The notes under the pieces: generated by a model | The model's input: the letters and a program-made list of their open reading frames with translations, nothing else | The model's database searches: none | Told to the model about the DNA's origin: nothing | Origin: the human T2T-CHM13v2.0 reference genome, Homo sapiens | Direction of reading: 5' to 3' | Assembly (NCBI GenBank): GCA_009914755.4 | Contig: CP068257.2 | Coordinates: 44,192,001-44,256,000 of the forward strand | DNA: 64,000 bases | Part shown: piece after piece, positions 13,691 to 28,683 of the stretch | How the letters are laid out: each line of letters begins with the position of its first letter | How positions within the stretch are numbered: the stretch's first letter is position 1 | Program-made: the position numbers and the translations under genes

Positions 13691-16600
13691 GCAGCCAGCG
13701 AGGCTCTCTGTGGGCAGCTGTGGGCACACCCAAGGGAAGGAGTGGGCACCCCCATCCAGCAGACGGAGACACGGCCTCAGGCCATGGGCAGGCAGGAGAT
13801 ACCCCCACCTCGCGGTTATTAAATAACTATGTTACATAGTAACTGTGGGGCAGTAGGGCTTTCATTCATCAATATGTAGCATTTTTATGTTCACAGTTTT
13901 GGACTTTGCTTGCGGGTTACTTAATGCCATCAGATGGAAAGCTGAGAGAAAGCCTGTGGCCCCCCAGGCATCTCTGTAAAGAAGGCAATGCCAAGCTGAG
14001 GGTTGCTTCCCAGGCCTCACAACAGCACAACCTTAGAACCTAAAAAATCCAGCATGCTACTTGTGCATGCCAGGCTCAGAACTTTCCCACGTTGGCCCCT
14101 GGCAGCTTATTCACAAAGACTGTCTGGTTCCAGCCAACTGCCGAGGTGCTGCCCATGTCAGGAGAGTGGGTGGAGGAGGGGAGAAGGGCTTCTCAGGACA
14201 GAGGGTGTTTCTGCTTCACCAGGATTCCAGACACGGGCCACCCCCCTGAGCACGACTGGATGGTGCCCAGGCCTAGTGTATGCGCCCATGAATGTGAGTG
14301 GCCAGTGCCAGTGGCAGAGGCCAGGCCTAAGGGGCTAAGAGCTCTGGAAGGATTGTCTGTTTCTGGGCAGACCACAGGTGGCTGCTGTGGCCCCATGCAG
14401 GGCAGGGTCACGGAGGGACCACCTTGCTGGGAGGAGCTTGCAGTCCTGCCTGCCTGGGCAGGAGCTCAGGGAACACCTGACTCCCTTTTAAAGTCATAAA
14501 ATCATATTTGAATATGAAATCTTCTGTTTTTTTAAATGTTGGAAACAAATTTGGACCATGTTGGCGATTGACTCACCTGTGCTTGTCACCACCTCTGAGG
14601 ATGGCGTGGATGTTATCTGGTCACCAGAAGGAAAGCCAAGCACAGGGAAGGCTGGGGGCTGAGCCAGGACATGTCCTGGGTAGGGAAGGGAGGAGCTGGG
14701 CTGGCCAGCACCCCCACAGGCTGAGACTGCCACCGATTCACGAGTCCACGGGGCCCAGGAGTCTGGGTCTACGTGGAAGTTGTCAAGGGCCCAGACTCCA
14801 AGCAAGGCCAGGCCAAGCAGGCCTCTCAGGAAGATGCCGCACAGTGCCTGGAGCCCGGCTGGCAGCTTCTTTTCCTGGCAGTGTCGTGTCCTGTCACCAG
14901 CCGTCAGAGCGCCCTCCGACCAGGGCGCGTGTTAGAGCAGGGACTGGAAGTTGTGAATGAATGACTAAATGCTTTCCTAGAGGCTGACCGAAATTTGTGA
15001 TTAGCTAGGATGTCCATTTCCAAGGCACAGCATGTGCTGTGACTGTCTAGGGGTGGCGTCCCCATGCAGCTTGTGCTTTGGGAGGGGCCAGCTGCCTCCT
15101 CGCCACTGCCCAGCATAGCTTGTCCCCGTGCCCGCCAAAGAGGTCCTCGTGCTGGCCTCACAACAGAAGACGGCCACAGCCCTGCTCTCCCCAGGCCACC
15201 ACGTCCACGAGTGCTGCACTGTGAGGGTGCAGCCCAGCGCCTCAGAGGCAGCAGCACCTGTGAGATGGCGTGCAGATGGAAGTAGGCCAATAGACTCCAA
15301 AGGAAGCACCACTGAAAAATCAGAGGCGTCTCTCAGAGGGGGCCCACGAGGGAGGTGGTATGAAAGGTTTTTAAAAGGACAAAGCAGACTTCGGAGCTGC
15401 CTCTAGAGGAGAGCAGCAGGTGAGTTCCGAGTTCACCTGGCACGCTTTTCGGCAGAGCCCAGGAATGCCCACTTCTGAGCGCTGAGTGCACAACCCAGCT
15501 CGGGAGGCCTGCGGCAGCAGGAATGGGGAGGCACCGTGAGTCCCTCAAAGCGCTGCTGGAAATGTCACTCTGCGCGGTGTCCACCCGTGCTCGGGGTGGG
15601 CAGCGCCACTGAATGACGCGGGCAGCTTGGGAGGCCGGTTCGCGAACGCCGCAGCAGCCTCTGCTGACACGGGGGCTGCTCCCCACTCACAGAGCCACAG
15701 GTTCCTGTGGGTTCATTTATGAGGATGTAGGAATCATAGGAGTTAGGTACATCTTTTCCTGAGGTGAGAGCCAGATGAGGGGAGCCAAGACAGAGAATAG
15801 CCCACGTCTGCCCTGGGCCCCGGGGGCGGGGCCTACACAGGCTCCCAGGAGTGTGGGTGGGGCCTGTTTAAACTTCATGCCCCGGGACCTGCCTGGGAGC
15901 CTCCTGCACAAGACTCGCCCCACTCCGGAGGCTTAGCAGCACCGGAGCTGCTCTGTGGCCTGTTGGCAGAGAGGAGTCTGGTGCTCCTGTGCACGGGGGT
16001 CACAGCAAAGCCAAGTGGCCGTAGCACCTTTAACACTGGCCCCGGGTCTCTACACCTCCCTGCCGGCCGTCAGCTCCCGGCCGCAGCCGGCACTGACCTG
16101 GAGCACCTTAAGGAGCCCCTCTGCAAGTCCCTGTGCATCTGAGAGGTCAGAGAGGCAGAAACACAGTTCCAGGGTTCAAACCTAATATGCCTCAGCATTC
16201 TGGGCACTCACATGGTGTGCTGGGCCTGGCCTGCCACATGGCCCCTGCGTGAGGAAGACAGAGCCTGGGCGTGGCCCCACATCCCTGTGAGCTGCCCATG
16301 GGCCTGGACCCTGGCTCTGGCAGACTAAGCTGCATAGCAGATCAGCTTCTCCTGAGCCATTTTCATCCAGGCCACACCTGCCAGCTTGGGCCAGGGACAG
16401 GCAGACCCTGGGCCCAGGGTCTTGAGCTTGACCCGCAGGAGGTCTGGGCCTTATGCCCTGGGGAGAGGAGAGCGCAGAAAGCCAGTGTCACGGCAGCCCC
16501 AGGGGAACAGGCCCCAGGCCTGGCGGGGTCTGGATCTCAGTTCCACAGGGGAAGCTGTGGCCGCAGGCATGGTAACCTCACCAAACAAAAAGCTGCCCAT

Positions 16601-17429
16601 CTTTCAGAATATGAGCAAGAAGTTTGTGAGTCCTTGATCACCAGAGGGGCAACGTGGGGCCCGAGATGACAAGGAGTCCAGGCCACCCACAGTAGCTCCT
16701 CCTTCAGCCTTACAGAGGGGCTGCCTGGTCTGCTTTCCTGGCCGTGGGTTGCCCCTCTCTGGGGGCCGATGTCAGCAGACCTGTGGGGGATACAAACAGA
16801 AGGAACCTTGGACCCCTTCCTGGTACCTCCTTACTCATCTGATTCAAACCCTCCCAATTCTGCCTCCAAAGTGGACCCTGACTCTCCCCAGTCCTTACCG
16901 TCCAGTCTCCAAGACCAGTCCACCCAGGGAGCGGCCAGAAGACAGCCCACCTGCGCCAGGCCTGTGTGTGCCTTTCCTGGCATCTGGAATGGGGTTTGGT
17001 GCTTGCTGCCTGTAGCCAGGCCTGCTGGTCATGCCTTCCTGCCCTGCTGGGCCTCATCTCCGTGACAACGTCTTGGCCTTCCTGCCATCCTTTGTAAGTG
17101 CTGCCTGGTCTGGGATCACGTGTGCCGGCTCCTCTGCTTGCAGTACTTGGCTGCACTTCCCAGTATATTCGTTAAAATGTTGTGACATGAGAATTAGCAT
17201 ATGACACGTACGTAACGTGAGCTGCGGAGCATAGCTTTCTCATGAACAGCCGTGACCCCAGGACCAGGCTAAGCGAGATGACCCATGCTGCCGTGGGTGC
17301 TTCCTCTTCTTTACCGTGATCCTGCATTTTGTTTTCTCATCTCTTCTCTTTAAAATAATTTTATTTTATTACACATGATTGCTTGTTTCTGAACTCTTAG
17401 AAAGTGACATCAGTCCCTACATAGACTTC

Positions 17430-17950
17430 CCAAACCTGTTCTGTTTAGTCACACACAAGGTGTCTTAGGTTGGTATGTGTTTCTGGGCAGAGCTGCAGTT
17501 TGTGTGCCCGGCTGCATAGTGTTCCAGTGTGTGAATAGGCATCATTTATTTGTTTTTCCAGCAGGGTCATGCGGCTCGCTTGCCATTGTGAGTGATGCTT
17601 CCGTGGACATTCCTGTGTGTTTCTTTTGGTGCACACATGAGGTGTTTTTGGTTTAAGGAAGTGGAATTGCTGCATCATAAAGTCTGTGAAAGGTGAACTT
17701 TCAGGAACTTTCAGGACCATGTCAGTTTTTGTTTCAAAGCGCGGGTACCAATTCCCATCCCCCAGCAGCGTGTTAGCGCCACGGATGATCTACAGTCCAC
17801 CAACATTCTGAATGTTTGCCAATGCAGTGAATGTAAATAACGTTTCACTGTGGTCTGTATCTCCCGTTCCACATGCTCTTGTGCTGTGACTTTGATGCAC
17901 CTCCCGCCAGGGAGGGGATCGTGACCCTCCCTTTAATCTGGGCAGGCATG
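17430..17950 (-). mobile_element. Ancient L1 (L1M-like) 3'-end fragment, antisense
   Basis: Antisense L1 3'-region motifs: gtgtgaataggcatcatttatttgtttttccag ... ggaagtggaattgctgcatcataaag ... tttccaaagcgcgggtaccaattcccatcccccagcagcgtgtt (compare the L1 antisense 'ttttccaaagtggttgtaccaatttacactcccaccagcagtgtatgag'). Confidence 0.6.
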
Positions 17951-19011
17951 TGCCTCCAGCGGAAATGATGTTATGTGACATCTGTGTGCAAGCCACAGGC
18001 AGCAGCACAGCGCTGCAGAGCTCCCAGGATGCTGGCTCTTGGAGCCTAGGGATGGCGCTGTGAGAACAGGCCACGGCGCCCTAGCTTCAGGTTATAGGGC
18101 ATGGCTACGTGCCTGTGGAAATTCTCCTGCGGGCGGTTTCATGTCGAAGGCCTACCTGTAGCCCTGGGTTGTCTGCCTCTTGGGGGTAGCGGCTGTGTGG
18201 AATGCCTGCGTTCTGGATTTGGCTGGCTGCCTCCTCTGGCATGGTGCAGAGCCCACCTGCAACCCCATATTTGCCCTGGTAGGTCTGAGGTGCGATTCCA
18301 CTCAGATTTATTTTTCCTGTGAGGCGAGCGAGCTTCCTAGGTGGCACTGCACGTTGCACCGCATGGCATGATGAGGCGTGTGGTCTGGCCGCTCCTTCAC
18401 TGGTGCTGAGACTGAGGATTGAGCTTAGGGGGTCAGCCTGATCCGCCACTGCTGGGTTCCCCACCAGCCTTGCAGCTTGCTGTCAATATTCATTGATGGT
18501 CATTGCCTGGATGCAGTACACATTAGGGGCTGCAGAACGGTGATTTTCTAATTGTGTTGTTCTTTCTGTACTTATTAGTTGGGATTCATCTATGTGGAAT
18601 AACGTTTGCCTCATCCACTAGGGCTGTTTGGTTACCTAAACTATGGTTCATGCCAGAAAGACAGGATAGATGCTTCATTCTTTGCACTCAGTTGTTCTCA
18701 CTGCGATGAGTTGGTTTCTGGAAGCCCCAGTGTTGTCCTGTGAGTTTGTGTCTTTCCCTGCTTTTCTCTCCCTGTGAAGCATCATTGTTAACTGGTGGAT
18801 GTTATACACACAGTGGAGTTTGGCCAGTGCAGCTGCCATTTCTTTACTCAAACTGTTCTGTAGTTTTTGGGCTCCCCTCGCTTTCTGATGTAACCACATC
18901 AGTCTTGGATGGCTTTATTGCCTTCTGTCGTATGTGTTCCCACCTTACCTTTTATATTTTCTTCCACAGACCACCTGGAATCAAACTCTTTTGGGAGACC
19001 TGTTTTTGTTC

Positions 19012-19034
19012 TAATAATAATAATAATAATACTA
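19012..19034. repeat. (AAT)n microsatellite
   Basis: taataataataataataat. Confidence 0.9.
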
Positions 19035-20263
19035 TTTGGGAAGTAGTATTTAGAGACCACAGCGTGAGTATTAGGAGTGCTTATTGCAATTGGGTTGTCA
19101 TTGATTTTTTATAATTTAGTGAACAGAAATAAGAAATGTTTGTAATTTTAAAAGAAGAGAAAATTAAGATAAATATTTCTAAATCATATTTAAGATTACA
19201 TTATTTTAACTTAAAAATTTAAAACTTATACTAGTTTTTCTTTTCTCTCATCATTACCATGATTACTTATTTGTTTTAGCCTAAGTAAATATATAACAGG
19301 TTTGGAGAATAATACCAATATTATGATTAATGACTAAATTTAGAGCAATATATTTCTTTGCACTTTTTTCTGTCTGTATAATATATTCCCTTGAGGATAT
19401 GCAGTCAGATTCCTGTGTTTTAAGGTCAGTGCCTACAGTCCTTCTCTCTGTGGTTATAGCTTCAACTGAAATTCCTGCATTTGATTATGTAAAATACAAA
19501 CATTTACATGATTCTAAAGTCAAAATTATTGCAAGGGCTATTCACAAAAGTCTCACTTTCCTCCCTTTCTCTCCATTCAGTTCCCTTCCTTCTCCTGTAA
19601 GTAGCTTTTAAGTTTTTTAATCTTTCCATTTTTTCTTTTCGAAAACATGAACAAATGTGTGCATACATGAATTCTTCAACTTAGTAAACTTTTCCTCCAT
19701 GTTCATATTTCTTTTCACTTTTAGGAAGGTTTGTATTTTTTTTCTTGGCTTTATATTATCACTCTCTATATAATTCACATAAACCCCTCTTTTTACATAA
19801 TTTCTATTGACTTACTGTTATAAGCAGTATTAAAATTAGCCAGAAGTCTCTTCTTCCTCCTCTCCCACTCCTAATTTTTGTTTGTTCTCCCACCTCTTCC
19901 TCCCATTTCATTAGTGTATTAACTTTATTTTAAGCACATTTAATGGTTACATATTATCCTGTCACCCTTAACTCCATCATTTAGTCCTAGTTCAGTAGTT
20001 AAATGTGTTTGACACTTACCACCATACCTTATGACAAAGCTTCTCCAATTATTTCGTGGTTGGCCCAACCCCATTTTATATTATGTTCTTCAGGATGGGC
20101 TCATCAGAAAAATATTTCCTGTGTTCTTGTGGAGTCATATCTTTTTATCTGTAGCCTTCACAGGAGAAAGGTAATTTGGCTTCATAAAATCCTTGGTTCA
20201 CATTTTTCTCTTTAGTATCTTAAATATGTTGCTTTACGCCATGGTGATTCTGACTGTGTATAG

Positions 20264-20598
<335 letters not shown>

Positions 20599-20783
20599 CC
20601 TGTGTCTTAGTTTTCAACCAAAAGTTTAAAAATAAAAGTATAACAATTTTAAGAATAGAAAGAAGCTTATAAAATAAAGATATAAAGAAAATATTTTGTG
20701 GTGCTGTACAATTTGTGTGTGTGTGTTTTAAGCTAAGTACTATAAAAAAATTTAAAAGTTTATAGAGTAAAAATGTTACAGTA

Positions 20784-21110
<327 letters not shown>

Positions 21111-21303
21111 TTATTGAAGAAAGAAAAATATTTTCATAAAATTAGGATAACTTAAGTGTACAGTATCTCTAAAGTCTACAGTAGTCATCCTGTCCCAAGC
21201 CTTCATATTTACTCACCACTCACTCATGGACTCACCAGAGCAACTTCCAGTCCTGTGAGCTCCATTCATAATAAGTGCCCTAGACAGGTGTGCCATTTTA
21301 TTA

Positions 21304-21585
<282 letters not shown>

Positions 21586-21799
21586 TAGATACACAAATAC
21601 ATAGAACTGTGTCACAGTTGCCTACAGTATTCAGTACAGTCATGTGTTGTGTACCGCTTTGTAGCCTAGGAGCAATAGGCTATACCATCTAGCCTGGGTG
21701 TGTCAGCTCTCTCACCTAGGTTTGGGTAAGTATATTCTACGATATTTGCACAGTGATGAAATCACCTAAAAGTGCATTTCTCAGAACGTATTCTCATCA

Positions 21800-24700
21800 T
21801 TAACGCAGGACTGTGTGTCTCCCCACGCTCTTGGAAGATGCAGCAGGAATCGCGGTTGTATGTATGTTGGATCTCTTTTGCCTGTCTTTTTGTCTGTCAT
21901 GTTCTCCTGAACCTTTTTTACCTCTCTTTCTGTTTAATTATTTTCATTCTCTTCTTTCTGTTTTATTCCTGTGCCTTCTGTGATGTCTCCTTACTCTTAC
22001 ATTTCTTCTACTTTTCATTTCTGAAAAAAAAAAATCTAGTTGGTTCGTGAGTTCTGTCAATAGTAAAATGTCTTCCTGTTTTCTTGCCATTCCACTTCTG
22101 AGATGTTCTAATACTATTTTAAATTATGTTCTTCTAAAATGATGGTTATTTTCTTAATTTTTAGTTCAGTTTCACATATTACGCTATGAGTTTCGTTTTC
22201 TTTGTGTCCATAGTTTTTTGGTATATTTTCATTATCTGCTAGTGTGTTATTTATCATACTTTTACTTCTTTTTGGTAGTGTTCTCATACGGGATTTGATC
22301 ATAATTCTTTGTGTCCCATTTTTAAATAAGAGTCTTCCTGGACTATTAGGAGAAAGTTTTCTGTAGAGGAATTGGGAATGAGCCAAAGTAGCATTCCTAG
22401 CCTCAACAACCAAGAGGTCTCTCTGTTATTACGGTGAAATATGTTTGAGGCCTGTGTGTGTGGACACTTCTGTCTCTAGAAATCACTTCCAACTCAGGAG
22501 GGCTCCCTTCCCTGACTCTGTTGTCTAGAGACGCACAGCCTCTCACTCTCCACGCTGAGCTGTTTGTTGCCTTCAATCACTGCCCTTTGTCACCAGTATG
22601 TGCTGGGGCTCACCTCCTCTGGATCTCTCTTTCTCTAGCACTTTCAATACAAAAATACCTCGTGTTCCAGGCTAGCTGAATTTGTGTTTTGCTTTGGGCA
22701 GTTTTCTTCCAGGCGATTCTCTGTGCAGAAGTGAATCTTCATTGTGTATTTCTGAGATACTTGAGGACTTAGGCCCTTCAGTATGGCTTAAATTTCCAGT
22801 GAACTCCTTAATAGTTCTTTTTTGTTGTGTTGTGTTGTGTTTTCTTGTTGCTTTCCTGGAACTTGGAGACTACAAGTACGATTTGGAGTTTCTCCATTTG
22901 CTCTCAGGATATTCACCTAGATTCCCACTTGGTGTGAGAAATCATAAATTCAATTGCTTTAATTGTTGTAGGGATATTGAGATTGTCTGTTTCATTTTTT
23001 ATTTTGTTTGTTTGTTTGTTTGTTCGTTCTCCATATCGCCTACTTATTTGTTCAGGCTTTTTTAGAAACTTGGTTTGAGCCTGTCTATAAAAAGCTCAGT
23101 GAAGCTGCTTTAAAATCCTGGTAAGGGAATTCTAGCATCTCTGTTATCTCAGTGTTGGCCTCTGTTGATTTTCTTTTGTCTTTCATGTTGAGGTATGCCT
23201 AATGTTTGGCACGACACATAATTTTTGTTTGTGTCCTGGAAGTATAGGTTATTATGTTATGATAGTCTGAATCTTACATCAATCTTCTGTTTCGGCCTCT
23301 GTTGACACCATGGGGAAGGGATGTCTTGTTACCAGCAAGCTAGGGTGGAGATCCAGGCTCCTCCCTGGATCCTGGGGACACCACCGGTGGGGAGAAGGGT
23401 GCTTGGTACTGCTGGGTGGGAGTGGAAGCCGAGGCTCTCAGCTCAGCCCCTCTGACCGGGCAGGGTGCTGTGTGTGTCCTGTCCTGTGCATGGAGCAGGG
23501 CAGGTATTCTCAAATGCTTTCTGACCTAATAGGTTCCTCCTTTCCCATTCCTTTCCCTAGAGAGAATTTTCTTGAGACTGTTTTTTTCCAGTGTGTATCC
23601 TTTGGCATTTTTCAGTTGCTTTTCCAGTGCCCTGTCTGAAATATAGAGGAGGAAGCACAAACAAAATGAACAAACAAATAAGAAACCCAAAGAATAGCGA
23701 ACTCACCGCTGTGTCATTCTCCAAATCCCAAGGGCCCAGCCAGCCCCCTTCTTCCCTCCAGCTTTCAGGGTTCTCTTCTGTTTGTTCCACATGTAATGTC
23801 CAGAGTTGTTGGCTGTGCTCAGCAGGAAGAATAGGGAGAGAGGTGTCTATTCCATCCTGTCCAGAACCAGAAGGCATGGCTTCCTTTACGTGACTACTAT
23901 CCCCTGTGCCTTCGCAGTTGTTTTTCTTGATTAATCTCATCAGAGGGTTGTATATTATTTAGACTTTAAGAACCAAATTTTATATTTACTGATCTTCTCA
24001 GTTGCCTTTGTTTCTTTGCTTAACTTCTGAACTTTTCTTTATTATTACCTTTCCACTTTCTGTGGATACTTTCTGTTCTTTTTCTAACTTTTTAAATGGG
24101 ATTCGTGACTCACTAATTTTGTGTTTCTTTACTCCTTTTAAAAGCTATAAACTTTACTGTGAGTTCTGTTGCAGCTGTTTGCTACAAATTTTGGCATGCA
24201 ATAATTTTATTATTGTTGAGGTCTGTTTTCTGATCTCATCTATTTCTTATCTGGAAACATTTAAAAAGTGTTTTGTCCAAGGGAATTGTAAAGTTATCTT
24301 TTGCTAATGATATTTAATTGCCTACTGAGTAGGAGATATGTTCTGTGGACTCCATGTTTTCAACATTTGTTGAAACCTGCAATATGAACTAAAACGTTAT
24401 CAATTTTTGTTTTGTTCTCTGAGAGCCTTAGGAGAATGTGTTACCTCTGCTTGTCAGGTACAGGGTTTTATATACACACAGACACACATACGCACTATCA
24501 TGTTGTTTGTGCTGTTAATATATTCTGCATCTTTATTACTTTTGTGGGGTATACTTGTGTGAACTGTAAAGGAGAGAGGTATGTTGGCATCTCCCACCAG
24601 TTGGGCGATTTGGGGCCTGTGACCTCTGACCTCACTGCTCCTTCTTGTAGCATTCTTCCTCCATTAATGCTCGTCTCTCTCCTTGACCTTCTTTCAGTCT

Positions 24701-25350
24701 TTCTTCTCAGTGTTTCTACCCAAAATTGCAGGCCCCAGCTCCAGCAGTCTGGTTGCGGACAAGGCCGTGCTTGTTTTTCATTGGGCTGGTCTGTCCAGCT
24801 CCAAGGCTGCCCTTTGAGCCGGACGATTGACCCACTGCATTAGGAAATGCTTTGCCGTCTTGGTGAGAGCCCCACTTTAGGGAGGTCTTGCACACTGCTG
24901 CATGGAGCATAGACACGTTGGGTGGGAGGTGCCCCAGCACCTAAGGACTCTTATGATTGGGTGGCAGGGGTGGGTGGTGCTGCCCTGCCCTCCAGAGCCC
25001 TTCACATGGTCCAGATGTCACCCAGCGCAAGGTGAGGGAGCCCTGGGGTCACATTCTCCACCCTCCCTCCAGCATTGTTGCAGCCGCAGGACACCTGCCA
25101 GGGTAGAATTCAGCGTGGCTGGAGGATTTTGTGTGGCAGAAGTAATGGAGATGGTAGGCAGGCTGGTCTCCCCGCTCCTCTGTGAGCACTGTGTGTTGGT
25201 GCTCCCTGCCAATGGTGCTCCCCGCGGCATGGTTCCACGCGCACCACAAGGGCAGCGTGGCTTCCTCATCTTAGATGTGACAGAATGGAGATAGTTCTGG
25301 GTGTTAGCCCACAAAAGTGGCAACGTTAGGGTCCAAACTCTGGTACATAT
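21800..25350. repeat. AT-rich, T-skewed low-complexity block, possibly an ancient LINE-derived sequence; includes a (GTTT)n run at 23005-23033
   Basis: Strong T-richness on the + strand, no ORFs, short internal simple repeats; I could not place it against a specific L1 consensus. Confidence 0.25.
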
Positions 25351-25423
25351 GAAACCATGGTTCTTCTTTCTTCCTCTCCAGGCAGATTCATAAGAAGAAG
25401 ACTGGGTCTGAGTTTATATACAT

Positions 25424-25570
25424 ATATATAAAGTTATATATAAACTTCATATACGTATATAAAGTTATAACTTTATATACGTATATGAAGTTTATATACG
25501 TATATAAAGTTTATATATATGCTTTATTTATATATATAGTTTACATATATATATGCTTTATTTAAGGTTG
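25424..25570. repeat. AT-rich tandem repeat with about a 20-23 bp unit (tatatacgtatataaagtt...)
   Basis: Repeated tatatacgtatataaagtttatata / ttatatacgtatatgaagtt units. Confidence 0.8.
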
Positions 25571-25964
25571 AACAAAATTTTGCATTCATCAGAAGCTTCC
25601 TTTTATGAATTCTTAGACTTTTTTACTGGGTACCCCAGAGATTTAAGGTATCAGCTTGAATATCTTCTAAACTGTTCTCCCTAAAAGGACCATACCTGGA
25701 TTCTCAAGGAGTCCACCTCCGGAGGGGTCACTGACAGTTCTGCTCTCTTATGCCTTTTGTTCATCTTAACCAGCCTTGGTTAGCAAGGGGCACCTGCCAC
25801 CAGATGATCTCTTACCAAGTCATGGTTTCCTGTCTGAAGCGGTTTCCCTGATGCTGAGAGGCATGAGGAGAATGTTACAGAGAGACAGCATGCTGCCTTG
25901 TGATTGTCTGAGGTTTGAAACCTTCTGGTGAAGCTGAAACCATTTCTTAAGAGCCTGGCTAATG

Positions 25965-26370
25965 CTGTGAGCTGCTTAAGCACCCGTGTGCACATGTGTG
26001 TAAGTGTGTGCCTTTGCCATGTGTATGCATGTGAGCTGCTTAAGCACCTGTGTCCACACGTGTGAGTGTGTGCCTTCACCTGTGTATGTGTGTGTGTGAG
26101 CTGCTTAAGCACCCGCGTGTACATGTTTGTGAGTGTGTGCCTTTGCTGTGTGTATGCATGTGTGTGAGCTGCTTAAGCACCCGTGTGCACACGTGTGAGT
26201 GTGTGCCTTTGCCGTGTGTATGCATGTGTGTGAACTGCTTAAGCACCCGTGTGCACATGTGTGAGTGTGTGCCTTTGCCATGTGCATGCATGTGTGTGAG
26301 CTGCTTAAGCACCCGTTTGCACATGTATGTGAGTGTGTGCCTTTGCCATGTGTATGCATGTGTGTAGTTT
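25965..26370. repeat. GT-rich minisatellite, about 6 copies of a 64-67 bp unit (gagctgcttaagcacccgtgtgcacatgtgtgagtgtgtgcctttgccatgtgtatgcatgtgt)
   Basis: ctgcttaag recurs at 25971, 26035, 26101, 26168, 26235 and 26301. Confidence 0.9.
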
Positions 26371-27639
26371 GCAGCTGAGTGCACTGCTTTTGTCTGGACT
26401 GTGCCCAGGAGGGAATGTGACACCCTTGGGGTCCTTGCCTTTGAAGCTGATCTGTTGTGGCAGCCAGTTCAGCATGTTCAGCAAGATGTTAAAGCCATTG
26501 CTCTGCTGTTACTCCCGGGGTCTCACAGCCAGAGCAGGCCAGAGGTGAGGAAGGGGATCCCATGCCTCCTTCATCTCCTCTGTCTCCTTGCCTTCCTAAA
26601 CAGCTGTGTTTCCCACTGAAAAGGGAGCTGCAGAGCATTTCCACGTGGAGATTCCATCTCGTTTGTATCCAGCTCCATCAGGGGCCTGCTCTCAGGCTCC
26701 CCTGGGCGTGTGCGTGAGGTTGGAAGAGGCGGGTCACTGCAGGAATGTGTCGTTCTGTCATGTCACTCTCTCGATGTCTGGTCTCATGGGGTTCCTTACC
26801 AATTTAGGGACTTGTTAGGGAGATATCTAGAACTATATTGATAGATATACATCATGAACCAGTTCCCCTTAGGTGTTTCTAAAATGATATAAATTACCAA
26901 GGAAATAGCCTTTGGTTAAAGTTCATTATTTTCTGGTCTTGCATTGTTAGCATAGACTGCTGTCTGCTGTCTGTGCCATTTCTATTTCATGTAACTTACT
27001 GAGGTTTTCTTTGTGCCCTAATACAAGCTAGTTTTTTGTTTGTTTTTTTTTTTTAACGAATGTTTCAAGTATGTTTAAGAAGAAAGTATAATCTCTATTA
27101 TTGGAGTACAAAGTTTGATGTAATGTCCCTAAGACCTACCTCCTGTTACTAGCTCTCTGTCATGCTGAGTTATTTTTGACCCCTTACCTTGCCATGGCTG
27201 ACAGTCATGTGTTAATGATTGCTGTTCTTAGGTTTCTGTTTCTTTCCCCAACATCTATAGTTTCTGCATTATAAAGCCAGCTTCCGTGTTTGGGGTTCTA
27301 GCAGATTCTTAACTCATATGGCTTCACCGCGCACTGGGTCCTCCGGCATCAAGAAGTGCCCTTCTTGGTCTTGCTTCCTGCTTTGAGGTGAGGCTGGACC
27401 TTGTCCCACAGGGAGATTGCAATCCCTGCTCTTCAGCCTGGTGCGCTGGCCTCACGTGCTTCTGCTCATTCCTTGACACTGAGCCTTTTCAAATCACTTG
27501 GCAATTGTCATGTCTCTTGTGTAAAGCAGAGCTGGCTTTGTGAGCCAAGTGGAAATTTTTCACAGGGCCAAAACCATTTACATTTACTCATGTGTTGCTA
27601 GGACCAGTATGTCCAGTCCCAACTGCCACATAACTTGCT

Positions 27640-28683
27640 CCTGTATTTAATGTGTGTGTTGTGTTTTATTTATTGTGCATCTTTTTATTTTTTACATGTG
27701 GTTTGTGTCTTTGCTTTTTTTTTCTGTTGTTTTTGGCATTTAGGAAGGTCTGTGTTTTGTTCTGCTGGCTACTGTTATAAATAACACCTCTCATTGCACC
27801 CTTAGTCCCTTGTTTCTTCCTCTGACCTCTTTATTTTGGCTTGTCTGGTGGGATTCTTTTCTCCCACCTATTTTTCATGCTTCAGTCTATGAGCTTATTC
27901 TACATTCCTTTTTTTCTGATTCATCTACCTCTGATTTATTTGCTGTATTTTTACTTTTGCAGAACAGCATGCTTCCCGATAAGAAGCTGTTTCACACCCC
28001 ACCTCCATCCTTACCCTCACTTTCTCTTTTAGTCTGTGCTCAACAGATTTGTTATTTTTGTTTATGTCAAATTTCCCAGTGGTCTCTTGGCTTGAGGAAG
28101 ATTCTTTTGTAGTGGGTTTGGGCCTGGAAACACAGTGTTCATTGAGTTCTTAGCTATTTAAAACTATTTCTCTAGAGCTTTAATTTTGAAGGACAGTTTG
28201 GCTGACATAAAATCCTTTGGTCACACTTTATTTTTACTTGAGTTTATGAAAATAATTGCTCCACTGTTCACTTACCTTGTACATTGCAGTCAGGAAGTCC
28301 GATCCCCATCTGATTTTCTTCCCTTTGTGAATAAGCTGGTCTTTTTGCCTGGAGTCCCAAAGAATTTTCTCTCAGTTGTAATCATTACTGGGGAGTGCCT
28401 TCAGGGCCACCGTTCTGGGTCAGTTTGTTCAAGTACATGATGAGCCTTTCAACTTGTCGATTATTTTTTTCCTAAGAACATTTCTAGGATTTTAAGTATT
28501 AGGTCTGTTTCGTAGTTTTGCTTTTCTGTTTTGGGAACTCCAGTCTTTGTTTCTTGGGTCTTTGTTGGCCTGGGCTCTGTATCTGGCAGCTTCTCTGCGC
28601 GTCTCTCACCTCTTGGTCAGCCTCATGTTCTCTTTGATGTTCTCAGTCCTCCTGCAGTGTTCCTTATGCAGTCATTACCAGTA
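27640..28683 (-). mobile_element. Probable L1-derived sequence (antisense), AT/T-rich
   Basis: T-rich strand skew and motifs reminiscent of L1 antisense; low-confidence call made without an alignment. Confidence 0.3.

Noticed and set aside
26050-26423. ORFs of 84-115 aa rich in His, Cys and Thr on both strands
   Set aside because: They are readings of the GT-rich 64-67 bp minisatellite.
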